A DNA stretch of 64,000 nucleotides from an uncultured Gemmatimonadaceae bacterium (lineage in GTDB: Bacteria > Gemmatimonadota > Gemmatimonadetes > Gemmatimonadales > Gemmatimonadaceae): positions 1,632,001 to 1,696,000 of the forward strand of contig CAVXGK010000002.1 in NCBI GenBank assembly GCA_963761305.1, read 5' to 3'. Made by a program: the position numbers and the translations under genes. Under the pieces are notes generated by a model. The model saw nothing but the letters and a program-made list of their open reading frames with translations. It was not told the origin of the DNA and searched no databases. Position 1 is the stretch's first letter. Every line of letters starts with the position of its first letter. Below, piece after piece: positions 9,383 to 19,612 of the stretch.

Positions 9383-9967
9383 TCAACGCTTGGCTTGTCC
9401 GTCGAGCGAGTGGTTCGCCGCGGCTTTGGTGATGTCCATCGAAGTCACGATGCCGACCAGCGCCTCGCCGTCGGTGACCAACACGCGATGCACCTTCTGG
9501 GTCTTCATCATGTCGGCGGCCAGGGACACCTCGGCGTCCGGCGGCAGCGTCGCGAGCGGCGCACGGGTCATGACTTCGCTCACGTCGTGCTCCTCGAGGA
9601 AATTCCACTCGGGTGTGCTCACGGTGGCGGCGCGCTCGCTCGCGTCGACGCCGGAGTCGTCCCACATCTCGGCGAAGTAGGCGGCCGCGGGCTCGTTTTC
9701 GTCCTCGGCGTCCTGCTCCACGGAGTCCTCGTTGTCGTACGCGTTCGACGCGTCGGCCAACTCGCGCTGCGTCGGCACGCCGGGCAGCGCGCTGGCGAAC
9801 GTCATGAGGTCGCCGCCGCTCACGACGCCGGTGAGCTTGCCGCCGCTCACCACGGGGGCGCCGCTCACGTGGTTCTTTCCGAACAGCTCCATGGCCTCTC
9901 GAATCGACGTTTCGGGCGTCACGGTCACGACGTTCGTGGTCATGATATCTCGGAGTCGCAACATCAT
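9383..9967 (-). CDS. CBS-domain pair protein with acidic insertion
   Basis: LRDIMTTNVVTV, VSGAPVV, VSEVMT, LVGIVTSMDI. Confidence 0.9.
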   Translation of the reverse strand: MMLRLRDIMTTNVVTVTPETSIREAMELFGKNHVSGAPVVSGGKLTGVVSGGDLMTFASALPGVPTQRELADASNAYDNEDSVEQDAEDENEPAAAYFAEMWDDSGVDASERAATVSTPEWNFLEEHDVSEVMTRAPLATLPPDAEVSLAADMMKTQKVHRVLVTDGEALVGIVTSMDITKAAANHSLDGQAKR

Positions 9968-10120
9968 TCCTCCTGATGCTCGGCTTGGTTTCCTGGGATG
10001 AGCGAGCGGCGCCGGGCATTCTCTCCGTGACGCAACACGCCGTTGCGAGGGTCTAAGGAGCATTCATTGTGCCGCGCGGCGGGCTCAGCGTCGCATCACG
10101 TGCGTCGAGCAAAGGAACTC

Positions 10121-10912
10121 GTGAAGACCGTCGCCGCGCTGCTCGCTGGCATCACGGTTGGCCTCGCGGCCGTTGCGTGTGGGCGCGGCGACCGCGGCCA
10201 TCGCGCCGCGTTCGACGTGACGGCCACGTTTCCGCACGACCCCACCGCGTACACGCAGGGGCTTCTGTGGGCCGACAGCGTTCTCTACGAGAGCACTGGC
10301 CTCTACGGGCACTCCGACGTGCGGCGCGTCGATTTGCGAACGGGACGAGTGCTCGCGTCGCGACCGCTCGCCGCCAATCGATTCGGAGAAGGGCTCGCGC
10401 TGCTCCACGGCCGCCTGTATCAGCTCACGTGGGAATCGGGCGTCGCCTACGCGTACGACGCGGCCACGCTCGCCCCCGGCGACTCGTTTCAATACGCGGG
10501 TCAGGGTTGGGGGCTCACGACTGACGGCGCGTCGCTCATCATGAGCGACGGCTCCGACTCGCTGCGCATTCTCGCACCCGCCACGTTCCACGTCGAGCGC
10601 GTCGTGCACGTCCGGTACAACGGCGCGCCGCTCAAGAATCTGAATGAGCTGGAGTATTTCGGCGGCGACGTGTTGGCGAACGTCTACCAGACCAACTGGG
10701 TGCTGCGCATCGATCCCGCCACCGGGAATGTGCGCGAGCTGCTCGACTTCGCCGATCTCTATCCCGATCGCACACCGACGGCGGAAGTGATGAACGGAGT
10801 CGCCATCGCCCCCGACGGCAAGCAATTGCTTCTCACCGGCAAGTTCTGGCCGACTCTCTTTCAAGTGCAATTTCACTCGGCGGGGTCCGATTCGGCGCCG
10901 GGCACCCGTTGA
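10121..10912 (+). CDS. Glutaminyl-peptide cyclotransferase (lipoprotein)
   Basis: PHDPTAYTQGL, ESTGLYG, FGEGL, QLTW, GWGLT, LNELE, NGVA, TGKFWP. Confidence 0.93.
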   Translation: MKTVAALLAGITVGLAAVACGRGDRGHRAAFDVTATFPHDPTAYTQGLLWADSVLYESTGLYGHSDVRRVDLRTGRVLASRPLAANRFGEGLALLHGRLYQLTWESGVAYAYDAATLAPGDSFQYAGQGWGLTTDGASLIMSDGSDSLRILAPATFHVERVVHVRYNGAPLKNLNELEYFGGDVLANVYQTNWVLRIDPATGNVRELLDFADLYPDRTPTAEVMNGVAIAPDGKQLLLTGKFWPTLFQVQFHSAGSDSAPGTR

Positions 10913-10997
10913 TATGATCCGCCGTGCGTCCGATTGATGACGCGCCGAGCCGAGCATAGAATTAGGATGGCGTCATTCCATATCCTTTGAGGAATTG

Positions 10998-11444
10998 ATG
11001 CCCGTCACGGCGAGACTGTCGCGACGCTTCTATGAACAACTTGGCGACGAACTCGCCACTGAGCTCGTCGACTGGTTCAATGCCGTGGACGCGACCTACC
11101 GTTCCGATCTCGATCGCCTGAACGAGCTGAACTTCGCGCGCTTCGACGCGAAGCTCGAGCAGCGCTTTGCCGAGCAAGACGCGAAATGGGAACGGCGCTT
11201 CTCCCAGCAGGACGCGAAATGGGAGCAGCGCTTTGCTCAACAAGACGCGAAGATGGAGCAGCGGTTTTCGCAACAGGACGCCAAATGGGAGCAGCGAATG
11301 GCCCATCTCGAGGTACTCCTCGAGAAGGGCCTCGCTCATTTGCGCACTGACCTGATCCGTTGGATGTTCGCGTTCTGGACCGGCTCGGTGCTCACGTTTG
11401 GCGGCCTGCTGTTCGCCGTCCTGCGATCACACGCCTCGCCGTAA
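10998..11444 (+). CDS. DUF1640/CCDC90-like membrane-anchored coiled-coil protein
   Basis: N-terminal head, DAKWEQRFAQQ repeats, LRTDLIRWMF followed by C-terminal TM. Confidence 0.8.
   Translation: MPVTARLSRRFYEQLGDELATELVDWFNAVDATYRSDLDRLNELNFARFDAKLEQRFAEQDAKWERRFSQQDAKWEQRFAQQDAKMEQRFSQQDAKWEQRMAHLEVLLEKGLAHLRTDLIRWMFAFWTGSVLTFGGLLFAVLRSHASP
11145..11297 (+). repeat. 33-bp coding tandem repeat, about 4.6 copies
   Basis: Units like gacgcgaaatgggagcagcgctttgctcaacaa. Confidence 0.9.
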
Positions 11445-11459
11445 TCGCTCGGCGGTCGC

Positions 11460-11915
11460 TCAGCGGCTGGCGCGATGCGCCGCGACGTAGTCGCGCAGCA
11501 CGCCGGCTTCGGCTTCGACCTGCTCGAGCCTGGCCTTCACCAGGTCGCCAAGCGAGATCACGCCGCGCAGCAGGCCATCCGACGTGACGAGCAGATGACG
11601 CTGCCGCTGCAGCGTCATCGAGCGCATCGCCTCTTCGATCGTGTCGCCGGCGTCACACGTCGGTGCGGACTGCATCACGTCGCGCGCCCGAAGACGCTCG
11701 AACGAATAGAAGCGCTCGTGCGTCGCCCGCACGACAGCTCGTTCGTCGAGGAATCCCACCAACGCCCCGTGGGCGTCGACGACTGGCAACGCGCCGATGT
11801 GATGGGTCACGAGAAGCCGGACCGCGGCGGCGAGGTGTGCGTCCGGGCTGACAGTGATCAGAGCGGCGGCTCCGCCCTTTCGGTCGACCAAGTCTTGCAC
11901 GTGCATTGGGTCCAT
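11460..11915 (-). CDS. CBS-domain protein
   Basis: HIGALPVV, RARDVM, RHLLV, GVISLGDLVK, LRDYV. Confidence 0.88.
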   Translation of the reverse strand: MDPMHVQDLVDRKGGAAALITVSPDAHLAAAVRLLVTHHIGALPVVDAHGALVGFLDERAVVRATHERFYSFERLRARDVMQSAPTCDAGDTIEEAMRSMTLQRQRHLLVTSDGLLRGVISLGDLVKARLEQVEAEAGVLRDYVAAHRASR

Positions 11916-12052
11916 CCCCCACAAAGTGTCTCTATTTCCAACATACCCGCGAGATCGGAGAACGGTTGCGACGCGGAGACCGGCAGATGTTGAGGCTGTA
12001 ACAGGGGGGCGCACTCATCGGTTGGCCCGCATTTCGCTTTGGATGAGCCGGT

Positions 12053-13756
12053 GTGAAGAAGCGAATCGAGCGGGCACTCCTGCTGGCGACACTCGTCGCG
12101 GTGGCTGCATGCGGACGCGACCGCAACACGGCGTCGGCAAGCGAGGTCAGCCGAGGCTGGCAGCCGGCGAAGCTTGAAACCGTCTTCGGGGTCTCGGCCG
12201 ACGACATCGCCCAAGCGATCAAGCGTCACTTGAGTGCGGATCGCCCACACGAGATCTCCGCCGAGCGTTGGCGGCACGTACGCCGCCTGTACGCGTCCTA
12301 CAGTGGCGCCGCCCTGTGGATGGACACGGATGGCCCGAACAAGTCGCGCACGAACGCGTTGCTCACGGCGATCGTCAACGCCAACGCCGATGCGCTGCGC
12401 CTCGACGCGTATCCGCTCCCCGAGCTCGTCCAGGCAATCAGCGCCGTGCACGACGCCAAGCCGCCGACGGCTGAAGAACTCGCCGCTGCTGACGTGCTGC
12501 TCACCACGACGTACATCTCGCTCGCCGAAGACTTGTTCGGCGGGCAGGCCGACCCCTCGCAGCTCTCACAAGACTGGCACATCGACGGACGCGGCGAGCG
12601 TATCGATAGCGCCGTCGCGCGGAGCCTGCGCAGCGAAGAGCTCGACAGCGGAATCGCCCGCATGCGTCCGCAGTACGACGACTACGCCGCGCTGCAGCAC
12701 GAGCTCACCCGCTTTCGCGACATCGTTAACAACGGCGGCTGGCCCGCGGTCCCAACCGGCAAGCCATTGACGCGCGGCAACCACGATTCGGCAGCGCGCC
12801 TCGCGGCACTTCGCCAGCGCCTGAGCGTAGAAGGCTTCGGGGTCGATAGCGCGGACTCGGGATCGCAAGTGCGCTCGACGCTATACGGTCGGGCGCTCGC
12901 CGGTGCCGTCGCCGATTTTCAGGCGCACCACGGCATCGTCGTCGACAGCATCCTCGGCGACTCGACCCTGCAATCGCTCAACGTACCGGCCGATTATCGT
13001 CTCGCGCAGATCGCCGCCAATCTCGAGCGCTTGCGCTGGCTGCCGCACGACCTCGGCGAGCGCTACATCCTGGTGAACGTTCCGGCGTTTCGCCTCGAGG
13101 CGTACGACAGCGGCCAGAAGGCGCTGGAGATGAAGGTCATCGTCGGCGAAGAGTACGAGGGGAAACAGACGCCGGTCTTCGCCGACTCGCTCCAGACGGT
13201 CGTGTTTCGTCCCTACTGGTTGATCACGCCGACCATTCAGCGGAAAGAGGTCGAGCCCAAGGTCGCCGCCGACCCGGGATACCTCGAGCGCAACGAGATG
13301 GAGTACTACAAGGACGGCGGACAGACGCGCATTCGCCAGCGACCGGGAGACAAGAACTCGCTTGGCCTCGTGAAGTTTCTCTTCCCGAACGACTTCAACA
13401 TCTATCTTCACGGAACTCCGGAAGGGCAGCTCTTCAACAAAGACGTGCGCGCGTTCAGCCACGGCTGCATTCGTCTCGAGAAGCCCGAGGAGCTCGCGAG
13501 CTGGGTCCTCGGCTGGCCGATCGACCGCGTGATGGAATACGAGCACGGCAATGACAACCGCAGCGTCGTAGTCCCGCGCAAGTTCCCGGTCTACATCACG
13601 TACCTCACTACGTACACGCGCGACGGCGAACTGTATTTCGGCAACGATCTGTACGGCCGCGATGACCAGCTCGTGCGCCAGATCGCGACGGGGTCGTTCG
13701 CCAGTCCCGAGGCCGTCCGGAACCTCGACACGCTGCGAAAGCTCGTCAGCAACTGA
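12053..13756 (+). CDS. L,D-transpeptidase (YcbB-like) lipoprotein
   Basis: ANLERLRW, VNVPAF, NSLGLVKFLFPN, IYLHGTP, SHGCIRL; lipobox VAAC. Confidence 0.93.
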   Translation: MKKRIERALLLATLVAVAACGRDRNTASASEVSRGWQPAKLETVFGVSADDIAQAIKRHLSADRPHEISAERWRHVRRLYASYSGAALWMDTDGPNKSRTNALLTAIVNANADALRLDAYPLPELVQAISAVHDAKPPTAEELAAADVLLTTTYISLAEDLFGGQADPSQLSQDWHIDGRGERIDSAVARSLRSEELDSGIARMRPQYDDYAALQHELTRFRDIVNNGGWPAVPTGKPLTRGNHDSAARLAALRQRLSVEGFGVDSADSGSQVRSTLYGRALAGAVADFQAHHGIVVDSILGDSTLQSLNVPADYRLAQIAANLERLRWLPHDLGERYILVNVPAFRLEAYDSGQKALEMKVIVGEEYEGKQTPVFADSLQTVVFRPYWLITPTIQRKEVEPKVAADPGYLERNEMEYYKDGGQTRIRQRPGDKNSLGLVKFLFPNDFNIYLHGTPEGQLFNKDVRAFSHGCIRLEKPEELASWVLGWPIDRVMEYEHGNDNRSVVVPRKFPVYITYLTTYTRDGELYFGNDLYGRDDQLVRQIATGSFASPEAVRNLDTLRKLVSN

Positions 13757-13904
13757 GCGTCGCCAGCGCGACGGGTGAGGTCGTCGCGACAAGTTCCTCC
13801 CGCTGAAACCGCTTTTTTCCGCGCCGAGGCCCGAAGTGTGCGCCTTTCGGCCAGTGGCGCCGCTGCGAACGACGACCTTCGACCCTCGGCGCCACGGAGG
13901 AAGC

Positions 13905-14321
13905 GTGCGCGGCAAGGGCAAGAAGCCCGGGCAGAAAGCGTCAGGCGCGAAGCGGCACGGCAAGTCGGAGCCGATCGGCGACCCGCGTGAGAGCGGAAAT
14001 CCTGGCGGCGGCGCCGGACGGCGCGACGAGGTCGGTCCCACCGGAGTGTACCCCATGTCGGGCGGCATTCCCAAGGGAAAACATCTCGAGGTCCGCACGC
14101 CCGCCGCGTGGGGCCAGGGCGAGCGCGGAGCCGCCGGCTACGACGACTCGGGCGGGTCCGAGTTGATCTATCGCGACGGACAACTGCTCGGCGGTACGAC
14201 AGCCGGGCCGGGCGGCGAGCCGACGATCGATATTCACGGCGGGAAATCACAGCCGAACCCGGAAGACACCACTGAACTGAGGAGGCCGACGACGAAACAT
14301 CGACGCAAGAAGAAGCGATAG
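13905..14321 (+). CDS. Conserved hypothetical hydrophilic protein
   Basis: GGAGG RBS before GTG 13905; GRRDEVGPTGVYPMSG and WGQGERGAAGYDDSGGSEL blocks. Confidence 0.65.
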   Translation: MRGKGKKPGQKASGAKRHGKSEPIGDPRESGNPGGGAGRRDEVGPTGVYPMSGGIPKGKHLEVRTPAAWGQGERGAAGYDDSGGSELIYRDGQLLGGTTAGPGGEPTIDIHGGKSQPNPEDTTELRRPTTKHRRKKKR

Positions 14322-14346
14322 TTCTGTCTGTTTGAAGGGAGATAAT

Positions 14347-15045
14347 ATGAATTCCAGACTATTTGTCGCCGCCGGCACGATGGGTGTCGCGGCGTGCAGC
14401 TGGGGGTGCGCCCGCAGTACGGCCGTGTTGACCCCCGCCCCGAGCGCGACGCGCGTATCGGGAGCCGGACAGGCCGCCTCGGCGACCGCCGCCGGCGTTC
14501 AGGTGATCGCGCACACGAAGGCGTGGCGCTGGGATCCGACCGATCTCGACACGAAGGTCACGCCGGTCCTGATCGAGTTCCAGAACAACGGCGACCGCGC
14601 CGTCATCGTACGATACAATCACATTTCGCTGTCCGACGACGCGGGCAATCGGTTCGCCGTGATGCCGCCGTACGACATCGACGGAAAGTTGAGTGAGGCC
14701 TATACGGTCCGCAGTCCGTACTACGGCTTCAACCGGTTCGCCGTCGCGCCGTATCTGTCGCGATGGTATCCGCGCTTCGACCGCTATGACGGCGCGTTCG
14801 CGTACGATCCGGGCTACTACCGGCCGTACATGACGCGGTACGCGGAGGTGGCGCTGCCGACCGCCGAGATGGTGCAGCGCGCGCTGCCCGAAGGCGTGAT
14901 TTCAACCGGCGGCCACGCCGAAGGCTTCGTGTACTTCGAGGCGTTTCATCGTGGCGCCAAGATGCTGACGCTCAACGTCGACATCGTCGACGCGGTGTCG
15001 GGCGCGGTGCTCGGCACGGCCCAAATCCCGTTCATGACCAGTTGA
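14347..15045 (+). CDS. Hypothetical lipoprotein
   Basis: RBS, signal peptide with Cys, Tyr-rich segment, ALPEG...GFVYF. Confidence 0.8.
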   Translation: MNSRLFVAAGTMGVAACSWGCARSTAVLTPAPSATRVSGAGQAASATAAGVQVIAHTKAWRWDPTDLDTKVTPVLIEFQNNGDRAVIVRYNHISLSDDAGNRFAVMPPYDIDGKLSEAYTVRSPYYGFNRFAVAPYLSRWYPRFDRYDGAFAYDPGYYRPYMTRYAEVALPTAEMVQRALPEGVISTGGHAEGFVYFEAFHRGAKMLTLNVDIVDAVSGAVLGTAQIPFMTS

Positions 15046-15072
15046 TGCGCCGTCGGAGGTCGCGCATCCGGA

Positions 15073-15110
15073 GCCCCACCGGCGAATCGGCGCCGGTGGG
15101 GTTTCTGTTT
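15073..15110 (+). terminator. Intrinsic terminator
   Basis: gccccaccggcg/cgccggtggggt stem followed by T-rich tail. Confidence 0.8.
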
Positions 15111-15184
15111 GCGCGCGCGCCGGCACGCCGATGAGAAGATTCCACCGCCGCTCTCGTTAGTTGGAGCAACAGGAGGTGGTCCAC

Positions 15185-16465
15185 ATGATCGGGCATACAC
15201 GGAGATGGCGCGGCATGACGCCGCGGCGGGACGTGATGTTGGGCGGAGCGGCGTTCGCGCTGGCGCTGGTGCCGGCGGCACAGGCGTGGGCGGGCGTCGA
15301 GTATGTGACGCGCACGACCGACTGCACGGTCCACATCGCGGGACCGGGGGACGCGTTGACCGTGATGGCGGGGCCCTCGATGCGATTCGAGGTATGGGGG
15401 AATTCGGTCGACCTCACGAACCCGACGAGCGGGTTCACGTTCAGCGGGCCGAGCGGGATGCAGGCGAGCATCGTGACGCGACACAGCGGCGCGGACAATT
15501 CGGGCCGCGGATGCGGCTTCGTCGGGTCTGCCGTCGTTCAGGTGAGCACGCCAGGGACATTGACCGGCAACGCCGCGGCGTCGGTGTCGTTCAAGATGCC
15601 GCTCGGCGATTTGTCGACTCTCTCGATGACGATCGTCCCGCATCCGGCGCTGTCGCAGGCAGTGTGGACGACGAATGGATCGCTGCAGCCGAGCACGATG
15701 CCGTGCATCACCGGGACGGGTTCGCTCAGCACGATCAACCAGGATACCAAGCTCGTGATCCAGCTTCCGCCGGGAGCGGCGCAGGATCAGACGACGTGCA
15801 CGAGCAACGCGATCCATCTACGCGTGCGACCGGCCTCGACGCCGGACGTGGATGTCACGCCCGGCATCAAGTACAACGTGACCGGCCTGCCGTCGTTCCT
15901 GAGCGTGAGTCAAGACCCGTCGTCGGTGGATCCGATTGTCGGAGCGCAGCTGAGCTTCACCTTCAACGTGAGCGGGATTCGGCATTTGACGGCGGCGAGC
16001 AACAGCACGATCACCATCGTCGACCCGATCGCGACGAACCGCACGACGACGCTGGCCCTTCAGGTCACGCCGACACCGGGTCAGGGCTTCGCGCAGTTGG
16101 CGACGGCGAATCCGCCGAGCACGACGGCCGGCAATCCGATCGACTTCACGGTGAAACTGTCCGCGCCGGCGAGGGGGCAGATCATCACCTGGCGAATGAC
16201 GCAGGCAGCCTGCTTCAAGCAGGCGGTGGCGGAGGCGCCGTATTCCGCGTCCGCGCCTTTCCAGTTCTTTAAATTCCCGACGGGCGAGACGTCGGCCATC
16301 ATCCGCGTCCTGTCGGTGAATGGCGGCGGCTGCACGGACCGGCGCGCCCCGACCGTCCACATCTTCGAGGCGTGGATCGGCGACTCGCGGGAGGATCCGC
16401 AGGTCACGGCCGTCACGACCGGAGCGACGTACACGAGAACGACGATTTCGCTGTTGGCTCCGTAG
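15185..16465 (+). CDS. Secreted beta-rich hypothetical protein
   Basis: GGAGGT RBS, RR-containing signal peptide ending AQAWA, Thr/Ser-rich with several Cys. Confidence 0.8.
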   Translation: MIGHTRRWRGMTPRRDVMLGGAAFALALVPAAQAWAGVEYVTRTTDCTVHIAGPGDALTVMAGPSMRFEVWGNSVDLTNPTSGFTFSGPSGMQASIVTRHSGADNSGRGCGFVGSAVVQVSTPGTLTGNAAASVSFKMPLGDLSTLSMTIVPHPALSQAVWTTNGSLQPSTMPCITGTGSLSTINQDTKLVIQLPPGAAQDQTTCTSNAIHLRVRPASTPDVDVTPGIKYNVTGLPSFLSVSQDPSSVDPIVGAQLSFTFNVSGIRHLTAASNSTITIVDPIATNRTTTLALQVTPTPGQGFAQLATANPPSTTAGNPIDFTVKLSAPARGQIITWRMTQAACFKQAVAEAPYSASAPFQFFKFPTGETSAIIRVLSVNGGGCTDRRAPTVHIFEAWIGDSREDPQVTAVTTGATYTRTTISLLAP

Positions 16466-16473
16466 GACGAGTT

Positions 16474-16506
16474 CGGGCCAGGCTCAGTCGGATGGAGCCT
16501 GGCCCG
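16474..16506 (+). terminator. GC-rich hairpin after the stop codon
   Basis: 12-bp stem cgggccaggctc/gagcctggcccg; no U tract. Confidence 0.45.
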
Positions 16507-16630
16507 GATGGCCCCGCCCGGCGTCGGGCGATTCTGCTATCGGGACGAGTCCGTAGGGCTGATCCGAACCTTCGCACACAGTCGAGCGAGTTGTTTCGGT
16601 CGTTCGTGTGTGTGAAGTTTCGTTCCTTAC

Positions 16631-16703
<73 letters not shown>

Positions 16704-16831
16704 TCGACACACGTCGTCCGCGGGACTCATCGGAAACGCAACGGCCGCCCATCGAGCGGCCGTTCGCGCACACCGCCCCCTCGCCCAATGCAGCGCCGAG
16801 CACGCGTCGACTTTCGAGATACGCGACCTCG

Positions 16832-17333
16832 CTAGGGGGCGAACGAGACGTCGAACACGCCAGAGGTGACTGACTTGGTGCCCGTTGCACTCGTGCCGAG
16901 GACGGCCGCGCCGTTGAACGAAAACGTTCCCGTTGCGTGCGTCGTTCGACAGCACTGTGAACGTGACCGTTCCCGTTCCGGCGCCAATTGAACTCTGCCA
17001 CGCGGACGCGCCGGCCGTATAGCTGCCGGCCCCGACGCCGCCCGGGCCGAGGTTGTACGTCCCGGGTGCGGTCGGGCCGCTCATGACGACGGCGATGGTT
17101 GCGCCGCCGCTGTTGGCGGGAATGCTGAAGTTGGCTCCGCTGCTTTCTCGGGCCGCGGTGACGTTCCCGCTGCCCGACGCGGAGAAGTTGGCGCCGCCAA
17201 CATTCGCGCTCACCGTGCCGCTGCCACTCGGGGCCTCCGATGACGATCCATCCGAATCGTCTGTGGGCTTCTTGCGCGTAGCCGCGGAGACAGCACACAC
17301 ACACGCAAGTACCAACGGCAAGAGGCGCTTCAT
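16832..17333 (-). pseudogene. Exported Gly/Ser/Thr-rich hypothetical protein with a 1-nt frameshift near 16945
   Basis: Removing one base after TVTFTVLS gives TTHATGTFSFNGAAVLGTSATGTKSVTSGVFDVSFAP-stop (16832), matching the beta-strand style of the N-terminal part. Confidence 0.7.
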
Positions 17334-17554
17334 CGCTACCTCTCAGCGCGAAATGGCTTGGGCCACCGGGGATCGCGCACAAAGTATTGAGGTGCGGGAC
17401 TGCCGCGCAAATCTGACAATCGTCGCGCGGGCAGCGATTTGGGACCCAGGTGCCTCGTTCAACTCGCAAAGGGGCATGCGAATTCTACAACCATGACTCT
17501 GTGCAGTCGCCGCTGCGAGCTTTGCCCGCGCGCTCGCCCCGATGGCCTCGCGCC

Positions 17555-19420
17555 TTATTTCTTCGTCGTAAACCGAAAGGGCACGCTCACCCACGCCGGA
17601 ACCGGTTTCGATTCCGGCGCCGGCGTGCGGGCGGGCTCGAAGCGGAAGTTGGGCAGGATGTCGCGCACGGCAGACGTGAACAGCTCGTGATCCGATCGCT
17701 CCACGATCATGCTCGCGGGGTCGACACTTCCGAACTCGTTCACCATGAAGCGCACGACGACCTGTCCTTCGCGGTGTCCCGAGCGCAGCAGCGCGTCGGG
17801 GAAGCGCGGCTCCGGCACCCGCCCGATGATCTTCGGTGGGGTGATGACCGCGTTCTCGACCTCCGCCGACGTGGGGGGTGAGACTCTCTCCCCCGTTCCA
17901 GTCCGATCGGTGTCCGACGCGCGCTGCCGCTCCGGTGCCGAACGCGCGATCGAGTCGACGCTCGGCGCCGTCGGGATGCTCGGGGCCGGGATGCTCGGGA
18001 TATTTATCCGACCCAGGTGAACGTCGATGCGGGGCAGGCTGACCGGAGCGCTCTCCGGCGCATGCTGCTCCGGCTTCACCACCGGACCGGTAGCCGGGGG
18101 CGCCGCGCTTGCGGAGGGGAGCGACTCGGCGCCCTTTACGACCACTATAGCCGCCGCGCCGGTTGCGGTGGATCCGGTCCGCGTCGCCGGCGCCTTGACG
18201 ACAGGAGCGACGGCTGAGGTGGTGCGCTGCGCGGCGCTCATCTTCGTGGAGACCGGATCGCTGCCGCCGCCGGCGCGCGGGCGCAACATCAGTAGCCCGG
18301 CGATCGCAAGCGCGGCCACTCCAACGGACGCATACAGTATCGCTCGTTTCTTGCGCGCCGGCTCGGGCGAATCGGCCTGGACCGGTGCGATTGTGGATCG
18401 CCAGTCGCCAAGCGCAGCATCGTCACTCGCGACATCGCTGTGCGCGACATCCGCGAGAACGAGATCGCGATGCGGGACGCCCGATTCGCGACCCGAAACG
18501 CTCGCGAACGGACGCGCGCTCTCGGGCGGGGAGATGACGATCCTGGAGACAGACGGCGTCTGGATCGAAGATGCCATCAACGAGGCGGCCGCCACCGCAG
18601 CGGTGACCGTCGGCGTCTTCGAACGTTCGCGTGAAAGGGGGATGGGGCGAAGCGCCCGCGGCTTACGCTCAGCGAGGAATTCCAGCTTCTTCGAGGCAGC
18701 AACCGCCGCCGTGTCGGCGGCGACGGCGGCCTGGAGTTCGAGCTCGGCCGCGCGCGCCCGCGCGACCTGCACGGTTGCATGGCCAGGACCCAATGCCACC
18801 TCGCGCGTTGCCAGGCCGCGCCGAAGCAGCGCCAACGCTTCGGCGAAGTTGCCGCGTGCCGCGCACGTTTCAGAGAGATGCTCCAGCGTGACGACGGTGA
18901 CCATGTGGCCCGGCTCGAGCACCTTCTCTCGAATGCGCAATGCATCTCTGAACAGGGCTTCCGCGGAGGCGTCATCGCCGAGTTTGCGTTTCACAACGGC
19001 GAGGCCGGCGAGCGCAGTGGCGACATCGGCATTCTCCTCGCTCTTGCCCCGTGCAATAGCGAGCAAACGTTCGAGGACTTCCTCGGCGCGCGCGTGTTGC
19101 GACCGATGAATGTGTAGGCGGCTCAACTCGGTGAGCAGCGGGGCGAGTGCTGCGTCTTCTCTGCCGAAGAGCTCTTCGCTGATGGCGAGCGCTTCGGTGA
19201 GAAGCGGTTCCGCTTCCGCTTCCCCTGCCCGGCCGAACTTCCGCGAGAGCTTCCCAAGCTGGAAGAGGGCGGAGGCGAGCTCCCGGCGGAGACTGGGATC
19301 GGTGCGCGCCACGACTATCGCCGAGTAAAGGGATTCGGCGGCGGCGGGCTCGTCCCCCGCGGTCAATGCTGCGCGCGCTGCATCGAGCCGTTCGGTAAAC
19401 AACGCTTTCGTGTCAGCCAT
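17555..19420 (-). CDS. TPR-repeat / TM / TonB C-terminal fusion protein
   Basis: Kinesin-light-chain-type TPRs (AEALFRDALRIREKVL), TM ILYASVGVAALAIAGLLML, Pro-rich linker, PRFP...GQVVVRFMVNEFG...FRFEPA...VPFRF. Confidence 0.88.
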   Translation of the reverse strand: MADTKALFTERLDAARAALTAGDEPAAAESLYSAIVVARTDPSLRRELASALFQLGKLSRKFGRAGEAEAEPLLTEALAISEELFGREDAALAPLLTELSRLHIHRSQHARAEEVLERLLAIARGKSEENADVATALAGLAVVKRKLGDDASAEALFRDALRIREKVLEPGHMVTVVTLEHLSETCAARGNFAEALALLRRGLATREVALGPGHATVQVARARAAELELQAAVAADTAAVAASKKLEFLAERKPRALRPIPLSRERSKTPTVTAAVAAASLMASSIQTPSVSRIVISPPESARPFASVSGRESGVPHRDLVLADVAHSDVASDDAALGDWRSTIAPVQADSPEPARKKRAILYASVGVAALAIAGLLMLRPRAGGGSDPVSTKMSAAQRTTSAVAPVVKAPATRTGSTATGAAAIVVVKGAESLPSASAAPPATGPVVKPEQHAPESAPVSLPRIDVHLGRINIPSIPAPSIPTAPSVDSIARSAPERQRASDTDRTGTGERVSPPTSAEVENAVITPPKIIGRVPEPRFPDALLRSGHREGQVVVRFMVNEFGSVDPASMIVERSDHELFTSAVRDILPNFRFEPARTPAPESKPVPAWVSVPFRFTTKK

Positions 19421-19612
19421 GTACATACGGTGCCGTAGGGCCTCGACTCCAACGCATCAAGATCGGGGGCGCGAAGATAGTCTCGGCACCAATCGACAGG
19501 TTATTTAGCGCGACCAAAGGGCGGTCCGCGAAACGGGCAGGATCGTTTGGGCTTCCCCCTCTAGGCGGGCGCGCGCCAACTGAGGAGCCGGCGGGCCACT
19601 CCCAGGGCTCCC

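Noticed and set aside
10121..10912. Peptide-maturation pathway linking glutaminyl cyclase with the PHM-like monooxygenase
   Set aside because: Genes are about 25 kb apart and I identified no precursor peptide
19430..19612. Riboswitch upstream of the TPR-TonB gene
   Set aside because: No recognisable cobalamin, TPP or c-di-GMP consensus by eye
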